Of a stretch of DNA of 62,842 nucleotides, positions 17,863-27,152 are shown piece by piece. Origin of the DNA: a virus (taxonomy: Duplodnaviria > Caudoviricetes); IMG/VR virus record IMGVR_UViG_3300032174_000006, positions 1 to 62,842 of that record. One strand, given 5' to 3'. The first letter of the stretch is position 1; the number at the start of each line of letters is the position of its first letter. Position numbers and translations under genes: made by a program. The notes under the pieces were generated by a model that did no database searches, was not told the DNA's origin, and saw only the letters and a list, made by a program, of their open reading frames with translations.

Positions 17863-18342
17863 CTATTTTCTGCGGTTGTGTCGTTGTTCTAATCGTGTCG
17901 CCCATCGAACGTTTCCCTTTTCATAGTGTCCATTGTTGTCCATGCGTTCGATGGTCATCTTTGGATTAGGTCTGGGGCCCAACTCTTCCCAGAACGCCCG
18001 GAAGGATGAAAAGCGAAATTGAATTCCCCGTCCTCCGTAATCCTTGTATGATTTATTGTGAGGATTTCTGCATCGCTCTTGTGCGGCCCAATAAATTCGA
18101 TGCTCCGGCATCTCAGATGCCAGCTTTCCATCGAATCGCCTTCTCATAGAAGTATCACCATGCAGGCAACCACAGGAACGAACGCTTCCAGATTGGAGAT
18201 TTCCAGCGGAAACTATGGTGATTTTTCCATCTTCGCAGCAGCATATCCACATAATCTTCTTACGTTGCCGTCCCGCAGGCCACATTGCGGTAAGTCGGTT
18301 GAACTTCTTACCACTCAAATCATGGAATTTTGATCCGGGCAT
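17863..18342 (-). CDS. HNH-type homing endonuclease
   Basis: DLSGKKFNRLT..SCGC..RCRNP..YGGRGI..TIERMDNNGHYEKGNVRW. Confidence 0.85.
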   Translation of the reverse strand: MPGSKFHDLSGKKFNRLTAMWPAGRQRKKIMWICCCEDGKITIVSAGNLQSGSVRSCGCLHGDTSMRRRFDGKLASEMPEHRIYWAAQERCRNPHNKSYKDYGGRGIQFRFSSFRAFWEELGPRPNPKMTIERMDNNGHYEKGNVRWATRLEQRHNRRK

Positions 18343-19106
18343 TATCCTGTCACCGCCGTGAGATCCGCTTGAAGAGACGCCATGTCGAATCCAGAAGGAT
18401 CAACTCCTCGTTTATTTAACCAAGAAGGTGACAAAAGTATATATGCCTCATCCACATAACGTTGCCAAAAATCCCAGGTTAATTGCTGACGGGCTCCCCA
18501 CGTGATACACGTCAGCATATTACTCGGATTGTCATACATCGGCACGATCACCGCATGCCCGCCCACAATCCCGCCGTCATTCGCCACCACCGTCCACGGC
18601 TTCCCCTGCGCGTTCTGATCCATCGCGCTCTGCGGCACGCTGAATCCGATATACGCGAATCCGAATAACCAAATCCCCTGCTGCACATGCCCCTGCGTCT
18701 GCGGATTAATCGCCGCGAACGCGTTCAATCCCACGAGCCCGGATTTCGCTGTCGTGCTGTTCCGCCATGCTTTCAACGAATCCAGCTCATTCTCACCATT
18801 ATCCGTCGTCGTATCCCCCTGCACGTATCCGCCGTTCGCCTCATAATTCCCGAGAATGGTTGAATCCGGCACCGTCACCAGCCGCCCGTTGTCCATCGTC
18901 CAAATCTGCTGCGCGTGCCCCTTCGCCGATTCCACACAGCATCCCAGCTGGTCGTTCAGCATCATCCCCCAGTCGAAGTTGAATCCCCGACTCCAATCCA
19001 CGCGTGGCGGCGGCACGGCCAGCTTCGGCGTCAGATAACTCCCGAACTGTAGCGTCCGGTTGTCAAACTTCGCGGCTTTTTTCCCGAGCTTCCGCTGGAG
19101 GGCCAT
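18342..19106 (-). CDS. papain-like (C1) cysteine peptidase, probably lysis-associated
   Basis: VDW..NDQLGCC (Cys), GGHAV (His), ITWG. Confidence 0.7.
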   Translation of the reverse strand: MALQRKLGKKAAKFDNRTLQFGSYLTPKLAVPPPRVDWSRGFNFDWGMMLNDQLGCCVESAKGHAQQIWTMDNGRLVTVPDSTILGNYEANGGYVQGDTTTDNGENELDSLKAWRNSTTAKSGLVGLNAFAAINPQTQGHVQQGIWLFGFAYIGFSVPQSAMDQNAQGKPWTVVANDGGIVGGHAVIVPMYDNPSNMLTCITWGARQQLTWDFWQRYVDEAYILLSPSWLNKRGVDPSGFDMASLQADLTAVTG

Positions 19107-19693
19107 CAGTGAATCTCGATCTCAGGATGATTGTTGATCTTGCACACTTCGTTGTAATCCGCCTGGAAATCCTTCACATTTTTATACAACTTCGGCACGA
19201 CCGGCATGGTCTTCCCGCCCAGCGTGAGCGTCGCGCTCGCCATCTTCGTGCCCGCGCCCGCAGCCGGCAGCGCATTAATAAACCCCGCAATCGCGCTCAG
19301 TATGATATTCGCGAGCCCGATCACGATCGTCACGATCGGATTATTCCCGATATTCAGCGCGTTCAGGAAACTCTGGAAGTTGGACGAGATATCCACCAGA
19401 ATCGTGCGAATCTTCGCGAGCAGCGTCGCCTTGTCCGCCGGATTCGTATCCGCGTTATACTGGTCAATCGTCGCCTTCAAACTATTCAGCGCCGCGTCGA
19501 TCAGCACCACAATCGCCATCGCCGGGGACGGAACCAGCGCGCCCAGCAAACTTACAATCCCATTCACCGCAATAATCGCGGTAGGAATCCACGCGCTGAT
19601 ATCCGAGAAGATCCCGCATCCGGTCATGCTGAACGGCGCGGACAGCACGCCCACGAGCAACACCATCCGCCCCACAAATGTTCGCCTGTTCAT
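19106..19693 (-). CDS. Tat-signal lipoprotein
   Basis: MNRRTFV twin-arginine motif, h-region, lipobox-like MTGC. Confidence 0.7.
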   Translation of the reverse strand: MNRRTFVGRMVLLVGVLSAPFSMTGCGIFSDISAWIPTAIIAVNGIVSLLGALVPSPAMAIVVLIDAALNSLKATIDQYNADTNPADKATLLAKIRTILVDISSNFQSFLNALNIGNNPIVTIVIGLANIILSAIAGFINALPAAGAGTKMASATLTLGGKTMPVVPKLYKNVKDFQADYNEVCKINNHPEIEIH

Positions 19694-19911
19694 AGTATCC
19701 TCGTCATCTTTCGACCATCCACTCCACTCGACCTCTTCCAGATATCTCTTCTTTCAGGTCTTCCCATTCGGCACCAATCACAAAAACACTCATTCATCTT
19801 GCCGTGCGGATAATGTTTTCGACTGTCGTAGGGCTTATCACCCCACCAAGTTCCGTTCCAGAGAATTGCCCCAAGCAGTCCGACAATCACGACCATGGCG
19901 AGAACGGACAT
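19690..19911 (-). CDS. small membrane-anchored protein
   Basis: N-terminal TM, CFCDWC motif; its stop overlaps the start of the next gene. Confidence 0.5.
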   Translation of the reverse strand: MSVLAMVVIVGLLGAILWNGTWWGDKPYDSRKHYPHGKMNECFCDWCRMGRPERRDIWKRSSGVDGRKMTRIL

Positions 19912-19927
19912 TGTCGGCTCATCTCTC

Positions 19928-20152
19928 CTAGCGTCCCAGCTCGAACGCTGAATATACCCCGACGTACTGCAAGAACAGTAGAAATAGAAATAGGAATATG
20001 ATGATTCCGACGCACACAATCACAGGCTGTGGGACTCCAGGGACCAGCGAAAGCAGCCATTTCCCCAGAATAATCATTACCGCGACGCAACACGCGAACA
20101 CGATGAATCCGATCATGGCCGTGATGGGATTGAACAAAATCGCTGCGAACAT
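19928..20152 (-). CDS. two-TM membrane protein (holin/antiholin candidate)
   Basis: AAGGAGG RBS; two hydrophobic segments. Confidence 0.6.
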   Translation of the reverse strand: MFAAILFNPITAMIGFIVFACCVAVMIILGKWLLSLVPGVPQPVIVCVGIIIFLFLFLLFLQYVGVYSAFELGR

Positions 20153-20163
20153 TGACGCCTCCT

Positions 20164-20502
20164 TCACTCTTCCTCGTCCCTCAACTCAATCTGCTTGGTC
20201 CGCTGCTCCAGAATATACACCTTGTTCTGCAACACTTGAATGGCATTATTTGTGTCGTGTTTACTCAGCCGCAGATCCCGAAGCTCCATCGCCAGCCCGC
20301 CCTGCCCCTGCACGCCCAGCAATAATACCTTGATCGCCTGCAATTCCACCGCCAGCGCCTCGTACTTGCCATTACCATTCCCGTTACCATTTCCATTCGT
20401 CGGTTTCTTATCCATCCTGTCCATGAAATATTTCACGGACGCCCAGCCCATCCCGATAGATATGCTCGCGACAACCACCGGCAACATCTGTTCGAGGCTC
20501 AA
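20164..20502 (-). CDS. membrane-anchored coiled-coil protein
   Basis: N-terminal TM, NG-repeat linker, coiled coil. Confidence 0.65.
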   Translation of the reverse strand: MSLEQMLPVVVASISIGMGWASVKYFMDRMDKKPTNGNGNGNGNGKYEALAVELQAIKVLLLGVQGQGGLAMELRDLRLSKHDTNNAIQVLQNKVYILEQRTKQIELRDEEE

Positions 20503-20542
20503 CCGCGCACCTCTGGCCCATTAGAATTTATTCCTTTTCCCC

Positions 20543-20788
20543 CTACGGTTTGGCAATTTTCGCATCCTCTTTCATCGTGCTCACCTGCACCTGCTGCATC
20601 GTCGAGTGCGTGTTGGAATCCTTTGCCGCAAGGCCGATCATCAGCGTTCCCACGCCGCCGATGATAGATAGAATCTGCGTCTGCCGGGGAGTGAGCGCAA
20701 GCCCGCTGTTGATGACAATGATCGGGATTCCGGCGAGTAATCCTCCAAGAGAGGTCATCCAATTCTGCGCGGTTATATTTATAGTCAT
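20543..20788 (-). CDS. putative holin
   Basis: NWMTSLGG start, two TMs, charged C-terminus; AAGGAG RBS. Confidence 0.6.
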   Translation of the reverse strand: MTINITAQNWMTSLGGLLAGIPIIVINSGLALTPRQTQILSIIGGVGTLMIGLAAKDSNTHSTMQQVQVSTMKEDAKIAKP

Positions 20789-20798
20789 CAATCTCCTT

Positions 20799-21137
20799 TT
20801 ACTTCCAAAAGTGAAACACGAGCCCCACGCCGATTGCCACCGCCGTGTTGAGAAACAGCATCACCGCGCCTAGCATCCACATTCTCCCGTCCATGTTGCT
20901 CCGCCACAATTCCCCCGTGTTGATCTGCCCGCGCAGCACCTCATGCTGTACGTAATACTCCTTCGTGGTGAGAAACGCCGCGCGCTCCTCGGAAATCTGC
21001 GCCCGGAACTGATTCATCTCTTCCAGTCGGCGGTTCATTTCCGTCAGCGCCACCTTCAGAGCCCGCTCCGACGCGATCATTTCCGTTTCGATTTTCGTCA
21101 ACCGATTCTGCACGTCCGGCCCGCACCCCTCGCTCAT
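20799..21137 (-). CDS. coiled-coil protein with C-terminal TM (lysis cassette)
   Basis: ATGA overlap at 21137; coiled coil then WMLGAVMLFLNTAVAIGVGLVF. Confidence 0.65.
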   Translation of the reverse strand: MSEGCGPDVQNRLTKIETEMIASERALKVALTEMNRRLEEMNQFRAQISEERAAFLTTKEYYVQHEVLRGQINTGELWRSNMDGRMWMLGAVMLFLNTAVAIGVGLVFHFWK

Positions 21138-22042
21138 TTCGATACCCCCGTGGCCCTGACCGTCAGCCCGCCTTCCGTCATCGTGACCGTGTACGGCGTC
21201 CCGGCGGCGATCCCGGTGCTCGTCGCGACGCATGTATTCCCGTTCACCGTCGGCGTGCAGGTAATCTTCAGCGTCGGCGCGGGCGGGGGAGGCGGTGGAG
21301 GAGGCACTGCGCCCGTTACCACCAGCGTCACCGGAAGCGCCTTCGTCGGCGTCGTAAACTGCGCGATCGTCGCAATAATATTCCCGTGATATGTCCCCGC
21401 GCCGAGCCCCGCCGGATTCACCTTCACGGATATATAAAACGCCGTCGTCCCGGACACGGGCGTCGCACTCAGCCACGCACTATCACTCGCAATTGTCGTC
21501 GGCCACGTGCACGTCGGCACCCCGGCCGGTGGCGGACAAATCGACGTATCGATCACATGCGTAGTCCCGGCCGTCGGGACCGTCCCGCCGATCGTATACG
21601 CGAACCCTAGCGATTGTGGATTAAATCCCGGCGAATACGGATACTTCCCCGGCGGTGGGGGAGGCGGCGGCGGTGGCGTCACATCCGGCGGCGTGGTCAC
21701 GTTCACAGACGCCGACAGCGTGCTTTCCCCAGCCATCCCCGCCACGCACGTCACGCACACCGAACTCACCTGATACCCGAACGTGGTCGATGCGGGGAGG
21801 GAAGAATCCGTGTAAGTCGTCGCGGCGGTCGTGCCCACCATCGTGCCATTCCGGTAGATATTATATTGCACGCCCAGCGTCGTGCTGGCCGTCCAACTGA
21901 TCGCCGCGGAATGCGATCCGGTGAGTGTAACCTTCAGCGGACCATTCACCTGTGACACTGCGGCTTTATGCTGCTTCCCCTTGTTCCCGCACGCAACAAG
22001 AGACAGCGCCACGAGCATCCACGCGATCCATCTCCAGCTCAT
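21134..22042 (-). CDS. lipoprotein with FN3 and BACON/Ig-like domains and poly-Pro linkers
   Basis: lipobox LVAC; FN3 pattern W..S....YNIYRNG...YTD..L....YQV; SDSAWLS..P.SG..GTYHG.I. Confidence 0.75.
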   Translation of the reverse strand: MSWRWIAWMLVALSLVACGNKGKQHKAAVSQVNGPLKVTLTGSHSAAISWTASTTLGVQYNIYRNGTMVGTTAATTYTDSSLPASTTFGYQVSSVCVTCVAGMAGESTLSASVNVTTPPDVTPPPPPPPPPGKYPYSPGFNPQSLGFAYTIGGTVPTAGTTHVIDTSICPPPAGVPTCTWPTTIASDSAWLSATPVSGTTAFYISVKVNPAGLGAGTYHGNIIATIAQFTTPTKALPVTLVVTGAVPPPPPPPPAPTLKITCTPTVNGNTCVATSTGIAAGTPYTVTMTEGGLTVRATGVSK

Positions 22043-22043
22043 C

Positions 22044-22346
22044 CTACTGTACAAACCCGTGACTCTGGCCTCTCCCGATCGCCGCAGGCTTTTCATCCGC
22101 AATCTCCAGTTTCTTCGGCACCCAGCGCACCGAAATCTCGAAATCGCCCAGTTTCTTGAGCACCTGAACCAGCTTGCCGCTTCGATCTTTCTCGCTGATG
22201 CCCAGCTTCCGGAAGATATTCTGCTTATGAAAATTGACCGTGCGGATCGTTATGTTCAGCGCCGACGACATTTCCTTCGTGCTCCGCAACTGAAACATCA
22301 ACTCCAGCATCCTCGTCTCCGTGCTCGTGAATCCTACAAATCCCAC
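22044..22346 (-). CDS. LuxR-type HTH regulator
   Basis: STKEMSSALNITIRTVNFHKQNIFRKLGI. Confidence 0.85.
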   Translation of the reverse strand: MGFVGFTSTETRMLELMFQLRSTKEMSSALNITIRTVNFHKQNIFRKLGISEKDRSGKLVQVLKKLGDFEISVRWVPKKLEIADEKPAAIGRGQSHGFVQ

Positions 22347-22360
22347 GTTATCCCCCCTTG

Positions 22361-23344
22361 TTAAGCCACCCGCAGGATACCCTTCTCCCGAGGCATATAC
22401 AACCGGGTACTGGCTAAATTAGTATCTACTCCGTAGCACGCCCCTTGCCAAGCGCACGGCACCATCCCGTCGCACGCCGCCCGCGTCATCGGCAGCGCAT
22501 CCCACGTTGTCGATCTCCGTTCCGAAATCAGAACACTCGCCCTTGCGCCCTCTGCTAAAATCTGCCTCAGCGTCTCCCCCCGCTGCGCCTCCGTCGGCCT
22601 CGCGACCGGAACATCATGCCACAGCCTCCCCGGCGCGCCCTCCGCGAACATTGCATCCACCCACTCCGCCGCATCGAGCGATTGCTCATCCGCGAGCCAC
22701 ACAGGAATCCACCCTTGAAATGTGGTCCCATCCTTATGCAGAAATCGTATCCGTTTTGCGTTCTTCATGGTCGGATGCCGCCACCCTCTCGCCCACGGGG
22801 ACGCGCGCCGCCCATTCCGCGACTGTCCGATTTCGATCACGTGAATGGTCATGTCCAATCCCGTCGCCGCCATCTCCCCGGCGACGAACCAACTATGTAG
22901 CTCCCTCGCGAGGTCCGCCTCCGACCATTTATCTATCGTGACGATCCGGTGCAGCCCGTCTGCACTTGTAAACGCCAACGGTTGCCACGAGATCATGCTA
23001 TTCAGCTTGATTTCCGGATGCTCGTCGAGGCGCGGGAGTCCCATCCGCCCAGCTGCACGAAGTATGGTGTCCAGCAGGGCACATAAATCCATCGCGAGCT
23101 TATATGAATCCACCCCCGGTGGCGTAACCATCCCCGGATTCGCAGCGGCTTGTAGAAATTCCGCTCGCGCGCCCTTGACCACCTCCGCCGCATCCCCGCC
23201 CTGGCTGATCGCGAGTATCCCCTTGCGCAGCACGCCATCCAGCAGCTGCTTCGGCCGAAGGTGGATAATTTCCCAGTCTGCTGAGAGGAGCGTCTTACGA
23301 GAGCAACTTTGCAGGTCCGTCAACGAAGCCGCGGTGAGGATCAT
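22361..23344 (-). CDS. degenerate Cas4/RecB-like Fe-S protein, paralog of 3176..4789
   Basis: N-terminal LQSCSRK and C-terminal TRAACDGMVPCAWQGACYG mirror the paralog; no clear PD..xK. Confidence 0.55.
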   Translation of the reverse strand: MILTAASLTDLQSCSRKTLLSADWEIIHLRPKQLLDGVLRKGILAISQGGDAAEVVKGARAEFLQAAANPGMVTPPGVDSYKLAMDLCALLDTILRAAGRMGLPRLDEHPEIKLNSMISWQPLAFTSADGLHRIVTIDKWSEADLARELHSWFVAGEMAATGLDMTIHVIEIGQSRNGRRASPWARGWRHPTMKNAKRIRFLHKDGTTFQGWIPVWLADEQSLDAAEWVDAMFAEGAPGRLWHDVPVARPTEAQRGETLRQILAEGARASVLISERRSTTWDALPMTRAACDGMVPCAWQGACYGVDTNLASTRLYMPREKGILRVA

Positions 23345-25053
23345 TTCCCACCGAATGTCGTCGTCTTGCGCGTCTTTAGGTACTCCGCGCCCTTCTGTTT
23401 CGCATAACTCTCCAGTTCCGATTCTGGAACAGAATTAGGAATGGTGATCTCTTCGGGAACTCCCGGCACCTTCGCCCAGCGAATGCCCAGTGCATTCCGA
23501 AAAGTTATGCCAGAGGAGGACGCGGCAGTGGACGCTGCGGGTGGCGGAGGAATCTCCGCCTTCTGCCCCGCTGCCGTCGGCCCGGTCGCCACATCCGCGA
23601 TCTCCCTCGCTGGCCGCATCGCATGAATATCTCCCATCAGGCGATTGGTCCGGCCCGCCGGCCCTTCGCCCTTCCGCAATTTCCACTTATCCCCGAACAT
23701 CCGTAACCCCTGCGCGTCCTCCTCCGGGGTCAGCACACTCCGTTTCAATAATCCAGTAAGGAATCTCTCGGACGGGGTAGGCCGACCGTTCCCCGGCGCG
23801 CCGCCACTATTCTTCGCCTGCGACTTCTTCAACTCCCCCTTCGCCGAATCCTCCTCATCCCCAGCCTTCTTCGCGGCCTTATCCAGCGCGTCCTGCTCCT
23901 TCTGCCGCTTCATCAAATCGTCCCCGTGCTGGGTGCGCAACCGCTCCTTCTGCGCAGCGGCATCGTTCGCTTCCTTCTCGGCCTGTTTCATCTGCGCCTT
24001 GAGGGAATCCTGCTGATCCTGATAAAATTTTTCCTGCGCGGCGTCCGCCTTAAACTGTCGGCTCCCCGCTGCCTCCCGTTGCGCCTTCTCCGCCGCGTCC
24101 ATCTGATCCTGAATCTGCTTCAGCTTCGCCTGCGCGGTGATCTCCTTCTGCCGCGCGTCCTCCAGATCTCGTAGATTCTTGGCGTGTGTCTGTTCGGACT
24201 TAAACCGTGCGTTCTTCGCTTCCTTCTCCGCCTTCATCCGTGCGTTCTGCGCGTCCTCATAGCGTTGGCGAATCGCGTCTTGTTCTGAGGCTTCTTTATT
24301 AAACGCCGCCTCGCGCTGCTTCGCCGCTCGTTCCGCTTCCACTTCTGCCTGCGGACGACGCAATCCCGCCGCTTCATCCGCCCGCCTCTGGGCGACCTTC
24401 TCTGCCGCACGTTTGGCGGCGACTTCTTCTATCGGCGGCTCGGGCGGCGGGGGAATCTTCCGCTCAATTTCAATCGGCCCGATGCTGTATTTTGATTTCA
24501 GTCTTACATCTGGAATGTGTTCCCCTATTTTACCGGCTACCTTTCCCGCCCCCTCCGCAACTTTCGGCCCGAACGCCGCCGCCGCCACCGCTGGTATTCC
24601 CTCGCCAACCACTCCCGCAACATCTCCCTGCTGAGCGCGCTCGCGAATCCCCGGCGCATCTAGCCCTGTCGCTGCGGCGAGTCCGGATCCTACAGAGGGA
24701 ATAACTCCCTGCCCTTGATTTCGTGATTCTTCATATCCACCTGCCACGGATCGGATGACGTTCGGAATCGGTCCAAAACCCGAAGTCGCCACGGAAAACG
24801 CATCTGGCGTCTGCTTAACCGAGGGGATCATCGCCTTCGCCCCTGCTACTGCACCAGACACTAATCTGGAGATGGGACCTGTAGGCTGTGGGGTGGGGAG
24901 TACCGGCTTCGTGGCTCTCGTGCTCTCTCCTGCGCTTCGGGCGGCTGCATCAGTCTGTTGCGTCAGCGCATCGGGATGATTCGCGTCAAACCAGTCCGAC
25001 CCACTATCCGGAGTATGGGTATCGAACCAATCCTTTTCCTGCCCCTTGCTCAT
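23341..25053 (-). CDS. putative DNA ejection / internal virion protein
   Basis: DWFD N-terminal repeats, Gly/Ala-rich amphipathic segment, long coiled coil; podovirus position. Confidence 0.6.
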   Translation of the reverse strand: MSKGQEKDWFDTHTPDSGSDWFDANHPDALTQQTDAAARSAGESTRATKPVLPTPQPTGPISRLVSGAVAGAKAMIPSVKQTPDAFSVATSGFGPIPNVIRSVAGGYEESRNQGQGVIPSVGSGLAAATGLDAPGIRERAQQGDVAGVVGEGIPAVAAAAFGPKVAEGAGKVAGKIGEHIPDVRLKSKYSIGPIEIERKIPPPPEPPIEEVAAKRAAEKVAQRRADEAAGLRRPQAEVEAERAAKQREAAFNKEASEQDAIRQRYEDAQNARMKAEKEAKNARFKSEQTHAKNLRDLEDARQKEITAQAKLKQIQDQMDAAEKAQREAAGSRQFKADAAQEKFYQDQQDSLKAQMKQAEKEANDAAAQKERLRTQHGDDLMKRQKEQDALDKAAKKAGDEEDSAKGELKKSQAKNSGGAPGNGRPTPSERFLTGLLKRSVLTPEEDAQGLRMFGDKWKLRKGEGPAGRTNRLMGDIHAMRPAREIADVATGPTAAGQKAEIPPPPAASTAASSSGITFRNALGIRWAKVPGVPEEITIPNSVPESELESYAKQKGAEYLKTRKTTTFGGK

Positions 25054-26900
25054 TGAACTACCGTCGCGCCTAGAGATTTATAATGCTCGACTCGGTCTGT
25101 AGGGACATCCTTAGTCTGCCCATTCGGGGCGCGCATTTTCACCGTACCCTTCGCGCCGGAAGGACTCGGCGGCCCCGTCATCTTCTGCCCTCCCTTAATC
25201 TGCCCCCTCACCGCATCCAACTCCTCATCCAATGACCCCTTCCGATTCTCCATATCCTGTTTCAATATCTTGCTCGCCGCGAGCACGTTGGACAATGTCG
25301 CTCCCGGCCCCACCAGCGCGCCCACTTCTTCCCGCTGCTCGTTTGTCAGCACTCCAGTCATGTTCGGACTAGACAACACACGAGCGATTTCCGTGAGCGC
25401 GACATTTCGAGCTGTGTTATACGCCACCACCTCATCGCTCCCTAACCCTCCCGCTTGCACTTCGCGCAATGGTTTATTCACCCACGGCGATCCGCTATCC
25501 ACAATCTTCTCCGCCGTCTTCTCAAACAATTCCAAATTCTTCAGCGCGGTATTCTCGAACGCCCCGACCGCCCCGCGCTGCACCTGCAACCCGCTCAACT
25601 CCCGCGTCAGCGCGGTGAGCGCGGCCTTGTTCTGCACGATCTGGTCCCCGGTTCCAGCGGACGGCTTCCCCTTGCCCGACGCGATCTGCCCGACACGGTT
25701 AATAATCTGCAACCGCGCGTTCGCCCCGCCCAGTCCAAGATTCGGCAGCGTTCCACCTCGCATCACGATATCCGCAAACGCGTCCACCGCCTCCGGGCTG
25801 ATGTCCACGGGCTTTTCCTTCATCGCGTTCGCGTGCAGCTCCTTAATCGCGGCCTTCGCGTTGTCGTAATCCTTCTGCGTAGAGTCTGGGCCGAGGGTGA
25901 GGTTAGGCGGCAGCTTTCCACCTGCCAGCGCGGTGAGCGTCTGATTGAGATTCGCCGCGCGATCCGGCCCCAGCGGCTTCTGCGTCGCGGATGTTTTACT
26001 AGTCGTCGCCGCCTGATGATCGTCGATTTCCTTCGTGGTCGGCGTGCGCCCATGCTCGGACTTGAACGCATCCTCCCAGGAGGTGAACGGCGTCGCGGGA
26101 GGCTTAGCCTGCGCCTCTTTAATCTTCGCCGCGGACTGGATATCTGTCGTAGCCTGATCCATGGATAGCTTATGCCGATCCGCCATCATCGCCCGCTGCC
26201 CGGACATATCCATCGGCGCTGGCGTTGGCGCAGGAGGAGGGGGGACCGCCGCATTGCCGCCTGTGGCAGGGGGAGCTGCCGATGGCTGCGACGATCCCGG
26301 CGTGGGGGGAGGAGTAAGACCGTTACCACCAGATGCGCCGGATGCGCCAGCCGCGCCGGAAGAGGAATCCCCGCCATCCCCTCCCCCGTGCAGCTGCTTC
26401 GCCTTCTGCATAATCTCATGTACAGCCTTAGTCCCGTGCTGAAGCGCGATATCGAACAATCCCCGCTTCTGCTGCAATAGCGCCTTCTGATCCTTGTTCA
26501 CTCCGGCGATTTTCTGGAACGCGTCCATCGACAATTTCGCCCGATTGGTGTAATCCGCGATCTCCTCGGGAGTGAGCGGAGCGCCGGTCTTCGGATCCAC
26601 GCCGGAATCTTTAATCGTCAGCGCGGTCTGTGCGTTCTCCCAATGCATCCGCGCCTGCGCCAGCTGCTCTGCATGATGCTGCGCGAGTCCCTTTCCCACC
26701 GCTGACTCATCAAACGGATGCGTCCGCGACCCTGATAATCCGCCTAGCGCTTCGCTCACCGCGCTCGCGCGCGATCCAATCCCCCCGATCACCTTATCCT
26801 TCGTGCTGGTGGGAACATTCGGCACCGCGTTCGCGGCGTCCTGATCGGTCGGCGGAGGCGGAGTCAGCACGGGAACTGTGGATGTGTTGGTGTCGGCCAT
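25050..26900 (-). CDS. putative DNA ejection / internal virion protein
   Basis: helical, Pro/Gly linkers, C-terminal VKMRAPNG..VP...HY...GA motif. Confidence 0.6.
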   Translation of the reverse strand: MADTNTSTVPVLTPPPPTDQDAANAVPNVPTSTKDKVIGGIGSRASAVSEALGGLSGSRTHPFDESAVGKGLAQHHAEQLAQARMHWENAQTALTIKDSGVDPKTGAPLTPEEIADYTNRAKLSMDAFQKIAGVNKDQKALLQQKRGLFDIALQHGTKAVHEIMQKAKQLHGGGDGGDSSSGAAGASGASGGNGLTPPPTPGSSQPSAAPPATGGNAAVPPPPAPTPAPMDMSGQRAMMADRHKLSMDQATTDIQSAAKIKEAQAKPPATPFTSWEDAFKSEHGRTPTTKEIDDHQAATTSKTSATQKPLGPDRAANLNQTLTALAGGKLPPNLTLGPDSTQKDYDNAKAAIKELHANAMKEKPVDISPEAVDAFADIVMRGGTLPNLGLGGANARLQIINRVGQIASGKGKPSAGTGDQIVQNKAALTALTRELSGLQVQRGAVGAFENTALKNLELFEKTAEKIVDSGSPWVNKPLREVQAGGLGSDEVVAYNTARNVALTEIARVLSSPNMTGVLTNEQREEVGALVGPGATLSNVLAASKILKQDMENRKGSLDEELDAVRGQIKGGQKMTGPPSPSGAKGTVKMRAPNGQTKDVPTDRVEHYKSLGATVVQ

Positions 26901-26902
26901 GG

Positions 26903-27136
26903 CTATTTCCCCTTCGACTTCTTCTTCTTCTCATACTTCCTCGCCTGCTTTTTATTCAGCACGCGCTCGCCTTTATGCACCTTCGCCGGGCCGGTCTTTT
27001 TCACCTTCCCGCCGCGCTTGAACGAAGACAATCCGACGGAACCGGGACCGGAACTCGCGAGCCCGGATAATCCCTGCGCCCCTTTTTCCGCGTGCTCGCC
27101 TACCTTTTTGAACGCCCCATCCCCGCCTTCCGCCAT
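26903..27136 (-). CDS. small basic protein
   Basis: GGAGGAGGG RBS; KRGGKVKKTGPAKVHKGERVL, Lys-rich tail. Confidence 0.7.
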   Translation of the reverse strand: MAEGGDGAFKKVGEHAEKGAQGLSGLASSGPGSVGLSSFKRGGKVKKTGPAKVHKGERVLNKKQARKYEKKKKSKGK

Positions 27137-27152
27137 GATCCCTCCTCCTTAG

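Noticed and set aside
20366-20398. NG repeat, and poly-Pro tracts near 21280 and 21660, as phase-variable microsatellites
   Set aside because: Codons vary synonymously, so these are protein-level linkers and not slippage tracts.
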